Source of the DNA: Callorhinchus milii
Lineage: Eukaryota
Direction of reading: 5' to 3'
Length of the DNA stretch: 64,000 nucleotides
Assembly (NCBI RefSeq): GCF_018977255.1
Contig: NW_024704742.1
Location: forward strand, 84,074,001-84,138,000
In this document: positions 1 to 11,171 of the stretch, one piece after another
Position numbering within the stretch: the stretch's first letter is position 1
Layout: every line of letters starts with the position of its first letter
Translations under genes and position numbers: made by a program
Notes under the pieces: model-generated
What the model saw: the letters and a program-made list of their open reading frames with translations, nothing else
Database searches by the model: none
Told to the model about the DNA's origin: nothing

Positions 1-232
1 GGAGGATAGGATCTGTTGAAGATGACATCTGTTTAGTCGAAGAGCTCATGTGACTACTCTTTAGTCCCAGCTTGTAAGTTTCTGCTACAAGGTCCAGAAC
101 TAAGTATTGTGGCTCTTTCTGCTTGCTGAAAGGTTGTGCCTTCTGTTTTGGTAATTTAATATGTTGTAGATTGTTTGAAACAACTAATTGAATTGAAATG
201 GTGTATTTCGGTGTGTTAGCAACAAGGGGTAA

Positions 233-304
233 ATGTCAGATTTTTCTGATTTTTTTTTCTTTTCTTTCATGTATATAATCCATATAATTAGCCCGAAGGT
301 GAGT
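233..304 (+). other. Candidate upstream LPAR1 exon end (consensus donor AAG|GTGAGT at 298/299)
   Basis: Perfect donor consensus with in-frame ATGs at 233 and 269 (…MYIIHIISPK|, phase 0). A long pyrimidine tract at 241-268 and an AG at 290-291 would alternatively define a 7-nt microexon. Unverified. Confidence 0.3.
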
Positions 305-574
305 AAATCTCAGCATTCAATGATGTTTTCTCACCTGTTGTCACCTTCTCTCTCTCTCTCTCTCTTTCTTCTGCTCCAAACCATTGGTAGTTTCTTAAGG
401 GGGTGGGGGGAATTTACATTGTTTCAGAGTTTTTTTTTCGGTTGGGGGAAGACAGTTCACTAACACACATGCTACACAGAAACCCATCACTATATTTAAA
501 AGTATCCAAGCCAAATTACTGAGTTCCACATATCCATGGAAATTTACGCAGCATTGTGTCGCGATATATGAATG

Positions 575-687
575 ATAATAATAATAATCCTTGCATTTGA
601 TATAGTACCTTATCACATCTTCGAGACATCTCAAAGCGCTTCACAGAATATACTGTAAAGTGAATTGACTGTATTTTGTGGGCGAAG
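575..687 (-). mobile_element. Young SINE 3' fragment with (ATT)n tail
   Basis: ataataatccttgcatttgatatag...acatctcaaagcgcttcacagaatatactgtaaagtgaattgactg, recurring many times in the window. Confidence 0.85.
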
Positions 688-1783
688 TACATCACCAGCT
701 CTGCTCCAAGAAGACCCTACTTATCTTTATCTCCCCCTCTCCCTCCAAAGGATAGTCACAACTTGGTCATTTGACATCTGACAATTGCAAGTTTGAGCCC
801 TCTCTTGGTAGATAGTGGTACCGTAACTGATTGGGAGCTTTGATGTAACCTCATTAATTACCAAGGATGTAAGTAACCTTAATCAATAGGCTTGTTTCTA
901 AATGTTAATTCTAGTTGGCCAATTATTCCTTACCTTACAGTTTTTTTAAAACCTGGCTTAAAAACAATACAAGCCTCTTGGTAAGCAGCACAGCTCAGCC
1001 TGAAATGCATGAGAGCACCACACTCCTGCCCACAGCTCAGACACACCCCTACCCCTTGAGGGATGGCTCTATCAGTTGGAGGTACAGATCTTCAACAGCA
1101 GCTCTGTGTTCGCCCACATTTGCTACGCATTACAGTAAATCCTGTGAAGCACTTTTAAACATCCTCCTGACGTGAAAGCCTTTTTACCAGATGTATGTTT
1201 TTTTAAAAAAATTCAGTGATTCACCAAAGTTTCTTTCAATGTTTAAGATGATCCATTCCTCTTGCATACTGTTGGCCGTTCCAGTGTAATGTTAAACTCA
1301 TCAGTTACGCATCCCCAACTGTGCTATGTTGGAGATCTGTAGGTATTCATCCATAACTGTTTGTAAATGCACTCAAATCGCAGCTCCAGAATTCTTTTAT
1401 GTTTTCATGTCAATTTTGCCAAATTGTCTTGTTAACAGTCTTCAATGTTTTTCTTTTGTGGTTTATTTTCCTCCTTCCTCTATTAATTTCAGTGAATTTC
1501 CTTAGGCAGTTTTGCATAAGCACCATGAGAACATTTTTATTTTGACTGGCTTTTTTTAAAAAGAAAAATTAAGAAAAATTCTCTCCAGAAGCCTCATCTA
1601 ATCCAAAACTGTTCTGCTGAAGTTCTCTCAAGTACAGACTTGCCCTCATCTCTTTCAGTTCTAGGTTTGAAATGTGTCGTGATCTTACCCTTAAGACCGT
1701 TGTCCTCAAATTTATGATTATTCAGAATTTTGGAAAGGCCCAAATTTGGAAGCTGATCATTTTAAGAATAAATTTCACAAATA

Positions 1784-1962
1784 CAATAAACTCCTAATAA
1801 CTGGGCCCTGGCTTGGCTTGTCACGACAACTCAAGTCATCATGCTGTCAATATTCCCAACTGCATTTATTTATGTACTTATACATATGCCTAACTCACCA
1901 CTTTGGTTAACTCGTCAGTAAGCCTTTTTCCCATGGAGTGACGAGTTATCAGGCGCTTATTA
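1784..1962. mobile_element. Degenerate Tc1/mariner-pogo (Tigger-like) MITE
   Basis: TA+CAATAAACTCCTAATAACT at left versus AGTTATCAGGCGCTTATTA+TG at right (imperfect TIR). Internal perfect 10-bp IR TAACTCGTCA (1908) / TGACGAGTTA (1939). Confidence 0.5.
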
Positions 1963-2859
1963 TGTTCTAAAATTCTGCACAAAATTTTCAAATTGACCCT
2001 GTGAAATTTTGGTCCCCTGCTCAATCTCCCCTTTTTTTATCCCACCATTGATGGCTGAATCTTCGGTGGTGGAGGGGGATGGTCATCACCAGTCTAGCAG
2101 CAGGTTAATACAGACTGGTAGGGTAAACATTGAAATCTAAGTCTTGAGCCTCAATTGGTCTCAATTCCCCAGAGGTTAGAGAGAGGCATGTTAGTTTTGC
2201 TGCTCATGATCACTCTCTGGAGATCCTTGCTGCAAGAAAAGAAATGTTTGAGGAATGTTTGAGGCTCTTGTACTCCGCAGTTCGGTTATACACTACATAG
2301 TCACTATACTTTATAGCGAAACCTGTGAAGTACTATGTGACATCCTCCTGAGTGAAAGGCAACAAAACAATCCTTGTATTTGCATCACACTTAAGAAAAC
2401 ACACCTCTTTTCGACCATGCCTTCAATCACCTTTTCTCCCCTCTGCCCCTGGGAGGCCAATCTCCCAGTCAGCTGTGTGACATGCTTCGAGATGTCCTTC
2501 AGACACAAAAAGCACTATAGAGGAAGGAATGTAAATTATTGTTGTCTTAATTAGTTTGGAAATACTTTTGTACTTTGCTTGTCATTGTTAAAGCTCTCTC
2601 TAATGCTAACAACAAATTGTATTCATGTAACCCAACAATATGCCTTAAATCCCATCTCAGAAAAGCATTACCTGGTACGGCAGTGTGACATTTCATTGCC
2701 AGCACAGGATGTCTTTATGTCCTCTTTGAGCAGGGTTTCCAAGGTAATATAATTTAGTGTTTTGAGTTCAGGCCAATTTTATGCTGTAGATGCTTTGCCT
2801 ACCAAGCAATAGATTAAGACTGACATAGAGAGACGTTCGTCCCATCCATGCACCCTGAT

Positions 2860-3062
2860 CCATCCATTAACCAGTTTGCCAACCGGCGCCTAATATTTTC
2901 CAGAATTAGGTAAGCAGGATGCACCCCTCCAGAGAGAGAGTGCCTATTCCATTCCAACAATCTATCTCTGGGATTTCCATGTGTAGGTGAGATGCTTGGT
3001 TACTCTTAAGCATAGTGATGGTTTCCACATGTGTCAGACACCCAGCTGATCAAAAAAACAAA
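2860..3062 (+). repeat. Unclassified oligo(A)-ended repeat (family U), 5'-truncated copy
   Basis: ccagaattaggtaagcagg...ccattccaacaa...catgtgtcagacacccagctgatcaaaaaaa, matching the copies at 5620, 23970, 26511 and others. Confidence 0.8.
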
Positions 3063-3908
3063 GCAAACTTATAAACTTGTTAGGTTAGTATCATGCTTTC
3101 CAGGCATCTTTATAGTGCTGGCCTTGCTTCCAATTAACCCTTTCATGGCTGCAGACAAGTATGATGTGATGAATCGATAATATGGGTTTCCACAGGAACA
3201 ATATGGGCATGTACAATTTGGCTTGAGAATTCAGATTACAAGTGCCTCAAAAGTATTCTATTTAACAAAAGTTACTCCTGATTTTCTAAGGAAATGTGTA
3301 TTAATTTATAATGCACAAACAATGTTGTTTATTCTTTCATCATCCTCCTCCAATAGACAACAGTGATGAGTAAGGGGCGCAGGCAATACAGTAAAGTATA
3401 TTGAGTGGATTCGGACTGAAGTGAGAGAGCAATGGGTATTTGACTTTTATTTGTTTCTTGCTCTACCTCAACCATTGGGGTTTCCTTGTTGTTGGCTTTA
3501 TACAAGTGTGTAACTAGCAGTTGTGCGGTTGAAGGACTGGCTGTCATCTTGTGTCATATTGGTCCATTTGAATCTGTGGAGTTGCTGTTATCAAAATGCT
3601 TTCTGGAATTGCGCAATGCTGCTGGTGACGGCATTGACTATAAGTGTTTTGGAAGGTAGTGGAGATAAGTCTAACTTTGACACTAGCTCCACACTAAAGG
3701 AACGTAGGTTATTAGGAACAGAAAGCCATTTGACCTATTGAACCCACTCCACCACAGACCATTCCTTTGAATCCACCTATGACAAACATTCCCAATTCCA
3801 ACCTCTCTACTTTCTCGCTATATCCATTCATCATTTTACACCCCAAGTAGGTATCCATCTCTTGTAGATCGTAAAGCTTTTAGAGTATTTATATTAATTA
3901 TGATCCTT

Positions 3909-4236
3909 GCAGGGCGAAACCTTGGGCAAGTTTCCTTACTCCACACAGAGCCTAATAATAATCCCTCCAAAACCAAAAAACAATAATAAATTGGTCATTT
4001 TCAATCCATATGACTGTTTGTGGGACATTGCTGTGCGCAATTGGCTGCCGCGTTCGCCCACAAATATACAGTCAATTCACTTTACAGTGTGTTCTGTGAA
4101 GCGCTTTGGGACGTCCTCCCAACGTAAAAAGCGCTATATCAAATGCAAGGATTATTATTATTATTCTGTGAAGCGCTTTGAGATGTCGAGAAGACATGAA
4201 AAGCACTATATCAAATGCAAGGATTATTATTATTAT
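3909..4236 (+). mobile_element. Young SINE, 5'-truncated, with duplicated 3' tail
   Basis: gcagggcgaaaccttgggcaagtttccttactccacac body, then two successive ...atatcaaatgcaaggattattatt tails. Confidence 0.9.
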
Positions 4237-4331
4237 GCATTGTGCATAGCATAGCACTGCTTAGCAGGATTTTACTGCAAAGTTTCATGACTTATAGATA
4301 AATGCAGCAACTAATTTGCACACAGCAATGC

Positions 4332-4497
4332 AATAATAATAATCCTTGTATTTGATATAGCACCTTATTACGTCTTCGAGACATCTCAAAGCGCTTCACA
4401 GAATACACTGGAAAGTGAATTTACTGTGTGTGAAACACGGCAGCCAATTGCACACAGCAGTGTCCCACAAACAGCTGGGAATGTGAATGACCAATTC
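4332..4497 (-). mobile_element. Young SINE 3' fragment
   Basis: Same tail and body as the adjacent 3909-4236 copy, in inverted orientation. Confidence 0.85.
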
Positions 4498-5247
4498 CAT
4501 CTGATGGACTGTTTTTCCGCCTGTCGCAGTATTGGCTTCCGTATTCACTGAATTAATGATGTCACCAATGCAGTATTAGTTTACTGGGTGGAGTATTCAG
4601 TACTGTAGTTTCATAATCCCGGTCAGAGTTTATTGGAAATAGGAGAAAAGATTTGGGTCTTTTTTCCTTTCAACCACAAAATAATGCAGATGTGTATTCT
4701 GTTTTTTTTTAAAAAAAACGTAGGTACTATTATTTTGTGTTGCTCGACTTCATATGCTTCAAATGGTTGTAGCGTATGATCCAATGCAATGTAATGGAAG
4801 ATGAATAATCTTCTAGTGAAACTGGCCAAAGCCATTAATTACATGCACATCAAAGGCACCACAGACTTCCTCAAGCATTTGCTGTAGTTGTGGCTGAATG
4901 GGGCATTGATAGTCAACTCTCTGAGCACTGAATGTTCTTTGCAGCCTTCCAAATGTGCCCCTTTTACATCCTCTAGCACTGGCTGGCAACATTTCATTCT
5001 GTAAATTTCCAACTAAGTGCTGTTAAGGGGAAGACACTCCAATATCGCAATGCTGATTCATAGATGGCTTGAAATAAAAATAATATATAATAAACATAAT
5101 TTATACACGGTGGAAAAAAAGAACTTGACAGAATTTATTTAAACTATTGGTGCAAAAAAAATTAATGCTTTCTTTCTTTAACTTAGGTGGCCCAAATGGG
5201 TGGGAGAGGATATTGGTCCTGACTGAGAGTCTCCACCTCCACCTCCT

Positions 5248-5574
5248 GGAGGGAGGTGTGTGTGGGGGAAGAGGGAGGGAGCTGTGTGTAGCGGAAGGGG
5301 GAGGGAGGTGTGTGTGGGGGAGGGAGGTGTGTGTGGGGGAGGGAGGTGTGTGTGGGGGGGAGGGGTGTGTGTGGGGGGGAGGGGTGTGTGTGGGGGGAGG
5401 GGTGTGTGTGGGGGGGAGGTGTGTGTGTGGGGGGAGGGGTGTGTGTGTGGGGAAGGGAGGTGTGTGTAGCGGAGGGGAAAGGGAGGTGTGTGGGGAGGAG
5501 GGGTGTGTGTGGGTGTGTGTGTGTGGGGGGGGGGAGGGGGGAGGGAGGTTTGTGGGGGGGAGGGAGGTGTGTGT
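5248..5574. repeat. G-rich minisatellite, unit about GGGGGAGGGAGGTGTGTGT
   Basis: Directly visible tandem array with variable G and GT run lengths. Confidence 0.95.
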
Positions 5575-5619
5575 TGTGGATTCCAGGGAAAAATTGCAGC
5601 TGAACTTTTCCATTGGCCC

Positions 5620-6025
5620 AGCCCATCACCACGCTTAACCAAACTGAGAGTTCCATGCTTCCCACCTATACATGTAATGCACACTTTCTCCCTAGAGGGA
5701 TGCATCCTGCTTACCTAATTCCAGAAGTATTAGGTGCGGGTTGGCAAGAGCCAAGACTTGGGAACCGCAGAGTGTGTGTTGGTTACTGCTGCAGTCTAAC
5801 CAGCTAAAACCGCATAGCTTGCTATCAATGTCACAGTCCGGCAAGCTTTCCCGCTACTTGTGCAGCTCGCACCACCCTACCCTTTAGGGCTTTGTATTGC
5901 AGGGTTAACAGGAGATGAGTGGGATGACTCCGTGGCCTCAGTGACTGGTCTGCCCTTCCAGGTCCTGCCAATGAGTCAGGCTGGTGGTGCTGTCATCAGT
6001 AGTGCCCTGGAATATTGCAGAGCAC
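5620..6025 (-). repeat. Family U copy, near full length, lacking the oligo(A) end
   Basis: Colinear with 26545-26980 (ccaaactgagagttccatgc...cctgcttacctaattccagaa...ctaaccagctaaaac...gtgctgtcatcagtagtgccctggaata). Confidence 0.85.
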
Positions 6026-7562
6026 TCTGATCAAATGCCCTGTTTATGCACAAGAAGAATGTACGTGTGAGTTAGGGATGGGAGGAATGCACACTGTCTG
6101 CTCAGCTGCGCCCCCAGCCAGGATTGGCATTTTCGGCAGAGGAAGGATGTTTGTCTGAAAGAACATTTAGAATGAAACACATGGTTTAAAATCCCATAAC
6201 ATTGTAAAATTGGGACAAATTGTACTCTTATTTACAAAAAAAAATCTAATCCAGATTCTGGCAGAAATCCATCCATCTGATGGGCATCAATGTATTTTTA
6301 TCATTGAATTAGATGAATGCAGCTCCAATAAATTTTTCCCATTTCACAGAAGCTGTCATGGTCTTAACAGTGGGTTCCTGATTCCTGGATTTATTTTTAG
6401 TCGGGCAAGCATCATAAATCTAGAGATACCATCAGTTACCGAGTTGAAACTGATCGTCCAACAAGAGCCCTTCATTCTTAAGAGTAGAAACTACATTGTC
6501 AAGCCACTATACTGTAATATTTGGAGAGCCTTATTAACGGCAACAGTGTAACTGCTGTAGTGCTGTGGGTGGGTTAAAGGAATGCATATCCTGCTATTTT
6601 GATATAATAATAATAATCCTTGCATTTGATATTGCGCCTTATGTCGTCAAGACATCTCAAAAGGCTTCATAGAGTTTTTACTGTTTTTACGTTTTTACTG
6701 TTTTTACTGTTAAGTGAATTGGCTTTACATATTTGCGAGTGAAATGTAAAATATACAGTATTTATATAAATGATATATTGTTGCCATGAAGAATCTACAC
6801 AGTTGGTGGAACCATAATTCTTTCTCCCGTTGTTGCGAAGTAGATCTGGCCTTGCGCTTTGCTGCGGTTATAATAATGACAAAACTGCTGTTTCTTGTTA
6901 GCTCCAGCGAGGAGCTTTCTTTCAAAGGGAAAATTTCAATATACTCCACTGGTCTAGTTTGCGATATTCCCAAAAGGGGAAGTGCTAAATTAGTCTCCAC
7001 AGTCAGCCTGAAAATTTCAGATAGGGTCTGGTTTCCAGAAGCTAAAAGTGCAGAACAAAGACGGGAGCAATACCAATGGCCATGGGGAGGTGGCATTTTG
7101 CTCTCCAGACACAATTGAGTTTCAGAGGTTCCAATCAATGCTTCCCAGGCTTTCTCTGAATATCGGAATGTGGTAGAAGGCAGAAATTAATTCCTTCTAC
7201 GTCCTCTGGAAATATTGCAAATCATTCTGCATTGTATTTGGATGGCCAGCTATTTTATAGTGAAAGCTGAAGGGCTGAAAGATGTGGGCAATTCATATGA
7301 AATGGTTTCTACTTGGAGAATCATTAGGAAACTTCATGTGTGCATGAGCAGTGGTGGTCCAACGTTTGTGTGGAGTAGATGTAATTGGGCCACACACACA
7401 TTGTCTTTTATCTGCAAGCCTGAGTCTGCATGGTTAGATAGGTAAGTCCCAGATGGTCTTAATACACTTCATAAAATGAATTGAATTCTGGAGCAACTTC
7501 AGCCAGTGTACTGGAGCTCACACAGCACTCCTGTCACCTCTTCTGTGTGACTTAGTGATGGC

Positions 7563-8043
7563 AATAATAATAATCCTTGCATTTCATATTGAGCTTTTCA
7601 CGTCTTCTAGATGTCTCAAAGCGCTTCACAGATTATGCTGTAAAGTGAATTGACTGTATATTTGTGGGTGAGCCAATTATGCACAGCAGTGTCCCACAAA
7701 CAGTTGTGGATTGAAAATGACCAATTTATTATTGTTTTGCTTTTTTGGAGGCATTATTATTCGGCGTGTGGAGTAAGGAAACTGGCCCAAGGTTTCACCC
7801 TGCCAGAATATACTGTAAAGTGAATTGACTGTATATTTGTGGACGAAACGCGGCAGCCAATTGCGCACAGCAGTGTCCCAGTCGTGGATTGAAGTGACCA
7901 ATTTATTATTGGGTTTTTTCTTAAGAGATTATTATCAGGCGTGTGGAGTAAAGAAACTTGCCGAAGTTTTCGCCCTGCCAGCAATCGAACCCAGGTCTCT
8001 CACTTTCGAGGCAAGTGCTCTAACCACTGAGCTACAGGACTCC
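7563..8043 (-). mobile_element. Young tRNA-derived SINE, dimeric (one head, two bodies)
   Basis: Head GGAGTCCTGTAGCTCAGTGGTTAGAGC (A box) and GGTTCGATT (B box) at the 8043 end. The body is repeated with a junction near 7805. Confidence 0.9.
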
Positions 8044-9169
8044 AATGTTGCCGATTTGGAGTGATGATTGACATTCTGAACTGTAGTCTCCAAGCTGACT
8101 TTATGTTGCTAACTGACATCAATCTCAACACAGTAATCACTGTTCTGTATACATTGTACACTGGTCACACTACACTTTTGTTGGTGTTGAACTTCAATAT
8201 TTTGGAAATTTTTTAAGTGTACAGTATGCAATTCCTGGTGGCTCATTTTCAGGTTGCAATATTTTCATAAACCTTCAGGAATCTTACTGGTTTAACATTT
8301 TCAGCACTGGCTGCGTTATACGAGGATTTAAGGAATAGGTTTGTCCTGAACTCAAAGAGTAAGATTCCAATTTATCATCAGTTCTCTGAATGCAAGGGGT
8401 GCAGTACCATAGTTTAATAGTTCCTGTGCTGCATTCTGACCTCCGCAAAAATTTGTGAAGGTGATTTGCTTGGAATCTGAGCATGAATCATGTGAATTAG
8501 AATGGAACTAATAATTTACTGCCTCGACATTCACTCCTTTTCACTCTGAAGAGGCTAGAACTTCCACAGAAAGAAAAACCTTGACGGTTAGCCATTATTG
8601 TAGAGTACAGTTGTATATTTAACTGGTGGTCACTTGCAGAGGAGCATTGATGGAGCCTCTCTGTCTGAGAGTGGGTTGCTTTCTTAGGTTACTGGTCAGG
8701 AATTCATCCATGCTGCACAGAGTGCTCAATAATCTATAGAAAGGATTGCAAAATCAATTGGGCTTCTCTCCCCCTCCATCCAATAGTGTCCTGGAGACCA
8801 CCACCTTGAGAAGGTGATTTGCACTAGAGAAATATAAACGGGACAATAAATGCTAAGGGGGCAATTGTACGAGTTCTTTAGTTTACACTCTGCTTGTAAA
8901 GGTTTTATTGAATGTCATTCGTTTACCACTGAAATTTCCATTGTTAATATGTTTCTAGTACTCACATGTGTGATGTACCTGTGTCAGAGTTGTTGGGTTA
9001 ATGACACTGTAAAATACTGCTGTTTGCTGAATAAACAAGGCCCTAGACTAACATTGACAGAAACCACGAGATCTGCTCTTGTTTTTATTAAGCAAACACC
9101 ATGGCTATTGCTGCACGATTTGGGGATTGATTTTGAATTAGAAATTGGCAATGACTAAAGGTAATAATA

Positions 9170-9730
9170 ACCACCTGGTGTAGCACTAAGACATAGAAGC
9201 CAATAGACTGTAGGCTCAATCCAAGGGTTTGTTGAGTTAGTTGATCCTCAGTTAGGGCAGCAGGTGGGACTAAAATTGGCTTTAGTGCTTCTGGGCTAGG
9301 AAGGAGAAAATCAGGCAGGGTTGCTGTTTTGGATTGCTTTCCATGTATCTTTGCTGAAGGCCAACTGTGAATGTGATGGCAAGATAATAATAATAATCCT
9401 TGCATTTGATATAGTGCCTTATCACATCGTTGAGAGGTCTCAAAGTGCTTAACAGGATGTACTGTAAAGTGGATTGACTGTTTTTTATGGGCAAAACAAG
9501 GCAGTCAGGTGTGGACAGCAATATCCCACAAACAGCCATGGAGTGAGTGACCAATGTACCAAAAGATAGGACCGGACTCTGCTATGATGCCTCCTACAGT
9601 CCCACAGCCAATATGAACGATCTTTAATTGCTCAGAAAGCATGGTGATTTGTACTAGAAACTAGAGCTGGCACACAAAACTACCCATCGAAAGTCAGCGG
9701 CTTCCAGAGAAGAAGAAGAAAAATAATTGG
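9170..9730 (+). mobile_element. Ancient SINE-like repeat (family B), interrupted by a young SINE fragment at 9385-9553 (-)
   Basis: gagttagttgatcctcag...aattggctttagtgcttctgggctaggaaggagaaaatcaggcaggg..., similar to 2090-2240, 14040-14870, 43470-43670, 44540-44932 and 61670-62050. Confidence 0.65.
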
Positions 9731-11171
9731 TTAATGTGTGGATATTTTTTCTTTGGAGAATTCATACATTGTTATGTAATAGTTTGTGTACCAAGCTAAT
9801 GCTGTGTGTGTGTGTGTATATACACCATAGTATTGCTGTGTGTGCGTGTGCGTATACACCATGGGAATACATTTCCCTCTACCAAAGCATGCTTGCATTT
9901 TAGGAAATCTAGAATGAAATGGTTTGTTCTCACGAGGTGGCACAGTGGGTTGAATGAGATTACGTAACCAGTACAGATGCCCATTATTGTGTTCAATAAC
10001 AATGAAGGAAGTGTTTCTAGGGTAGCGGGCCATTAGTTTCCCACAGTTTACATATACTTCAGAACTCTCCATTCTGCCACAAGCGTTTAAGGGAATACAA
10101 TGTCTTGAGTGGTAACAGGTAAAGGAATCCGTGTACGGCGCTTCATTGTTGTGGTTTTCGGTGTACTTTGCTCTGTAGACCATTGCATAATGCTGAAATC
10201 CAGCTGAAGAAGCCTTTGTATTTATTACATAAAGTTGGAGACGTTAGCCAAGTGCTTGGCAACTTGTGTAGTATTGTTCCAGGCATCATCTTGTTGATAA
10301 ATGACGTTCTGGGTTCATTTATTAAGTGTTATCCTTAAGGGACACTGTTTTTTTTTTGCAAAATTACTTAGGAATTATTATTTTCAGGTTTGTAAAGGAT
10401 GCAATTATATACTCGATCTTATGTTTTTAAGTCTTATTAAAAACGGGAAACATTCTGTGGTGCTGTGGTTCAGCCTGTGTAATGATGGTTTAGAGTCTGT
10501 GTAAATGGCTTTGAGTCTGTTTTCTGTGCAGGTTATTCAAGGATGTGAAGCTGCTCTGACTCCTCAAAAGTACGACCAAGGTCCTTTCTAAATATACCAC
10601 AAGAAGATACGGAAGTTTAATGCCTTTGTTGTTGTATCTTGGAAATTTGTTCCTTTTTTATCTTGTAAAAAAAACCTTGCATATAAAATTTTTCCTTTTA
10701 ATATATGAGAGTTTAGAGACAGTCTGTGTCTTTTTTTCAAGAAAAAACTTGGTTTGACTCCAAAAGTTTGAAAACTGAAAGCTGTGTGTGTGTGTGTGTG
10801 TGTGTTGGGGGGGGAGGGGAGAGATGGGATTCTGAAACCCACACTGTATTTGTTTAGAAAATGGCAACGTTCCAGTTTTTAACCTTTAGCAACTATCCCT
10901 CCTCCACTCCAGCTTTCTGGAACTCTGTCAAAACCACTCCACCTGCTGCTTCTCTCCCTGGTCTCACAACCCTTTTAATAATGATATGCTCGACAATGTG
11001 TTTGGTCAACACCCTTAATTTCCCCTTGCCCCGTGAAGTGATTTGAGTCCTTCTTCCTGCGAGAGAGAAGCTGTGCACGGCAATTGCGCGTGCTGTTCCT
11101 TTTGAGTCAAAAGGGTCACCGATCCATTGCATTGATCTTTATTTTCTTTCCGTCACTGTTAGGCTTAGAAA

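Noticed and set aside
5101..5718. Overlapping Pro/His/Thr-rich and Gly/Val/Cys-rich ORFs of 160-175 aa
   Set aside because: Translations of the stop-free G/GT minisatellite in all frames; no coding signal.
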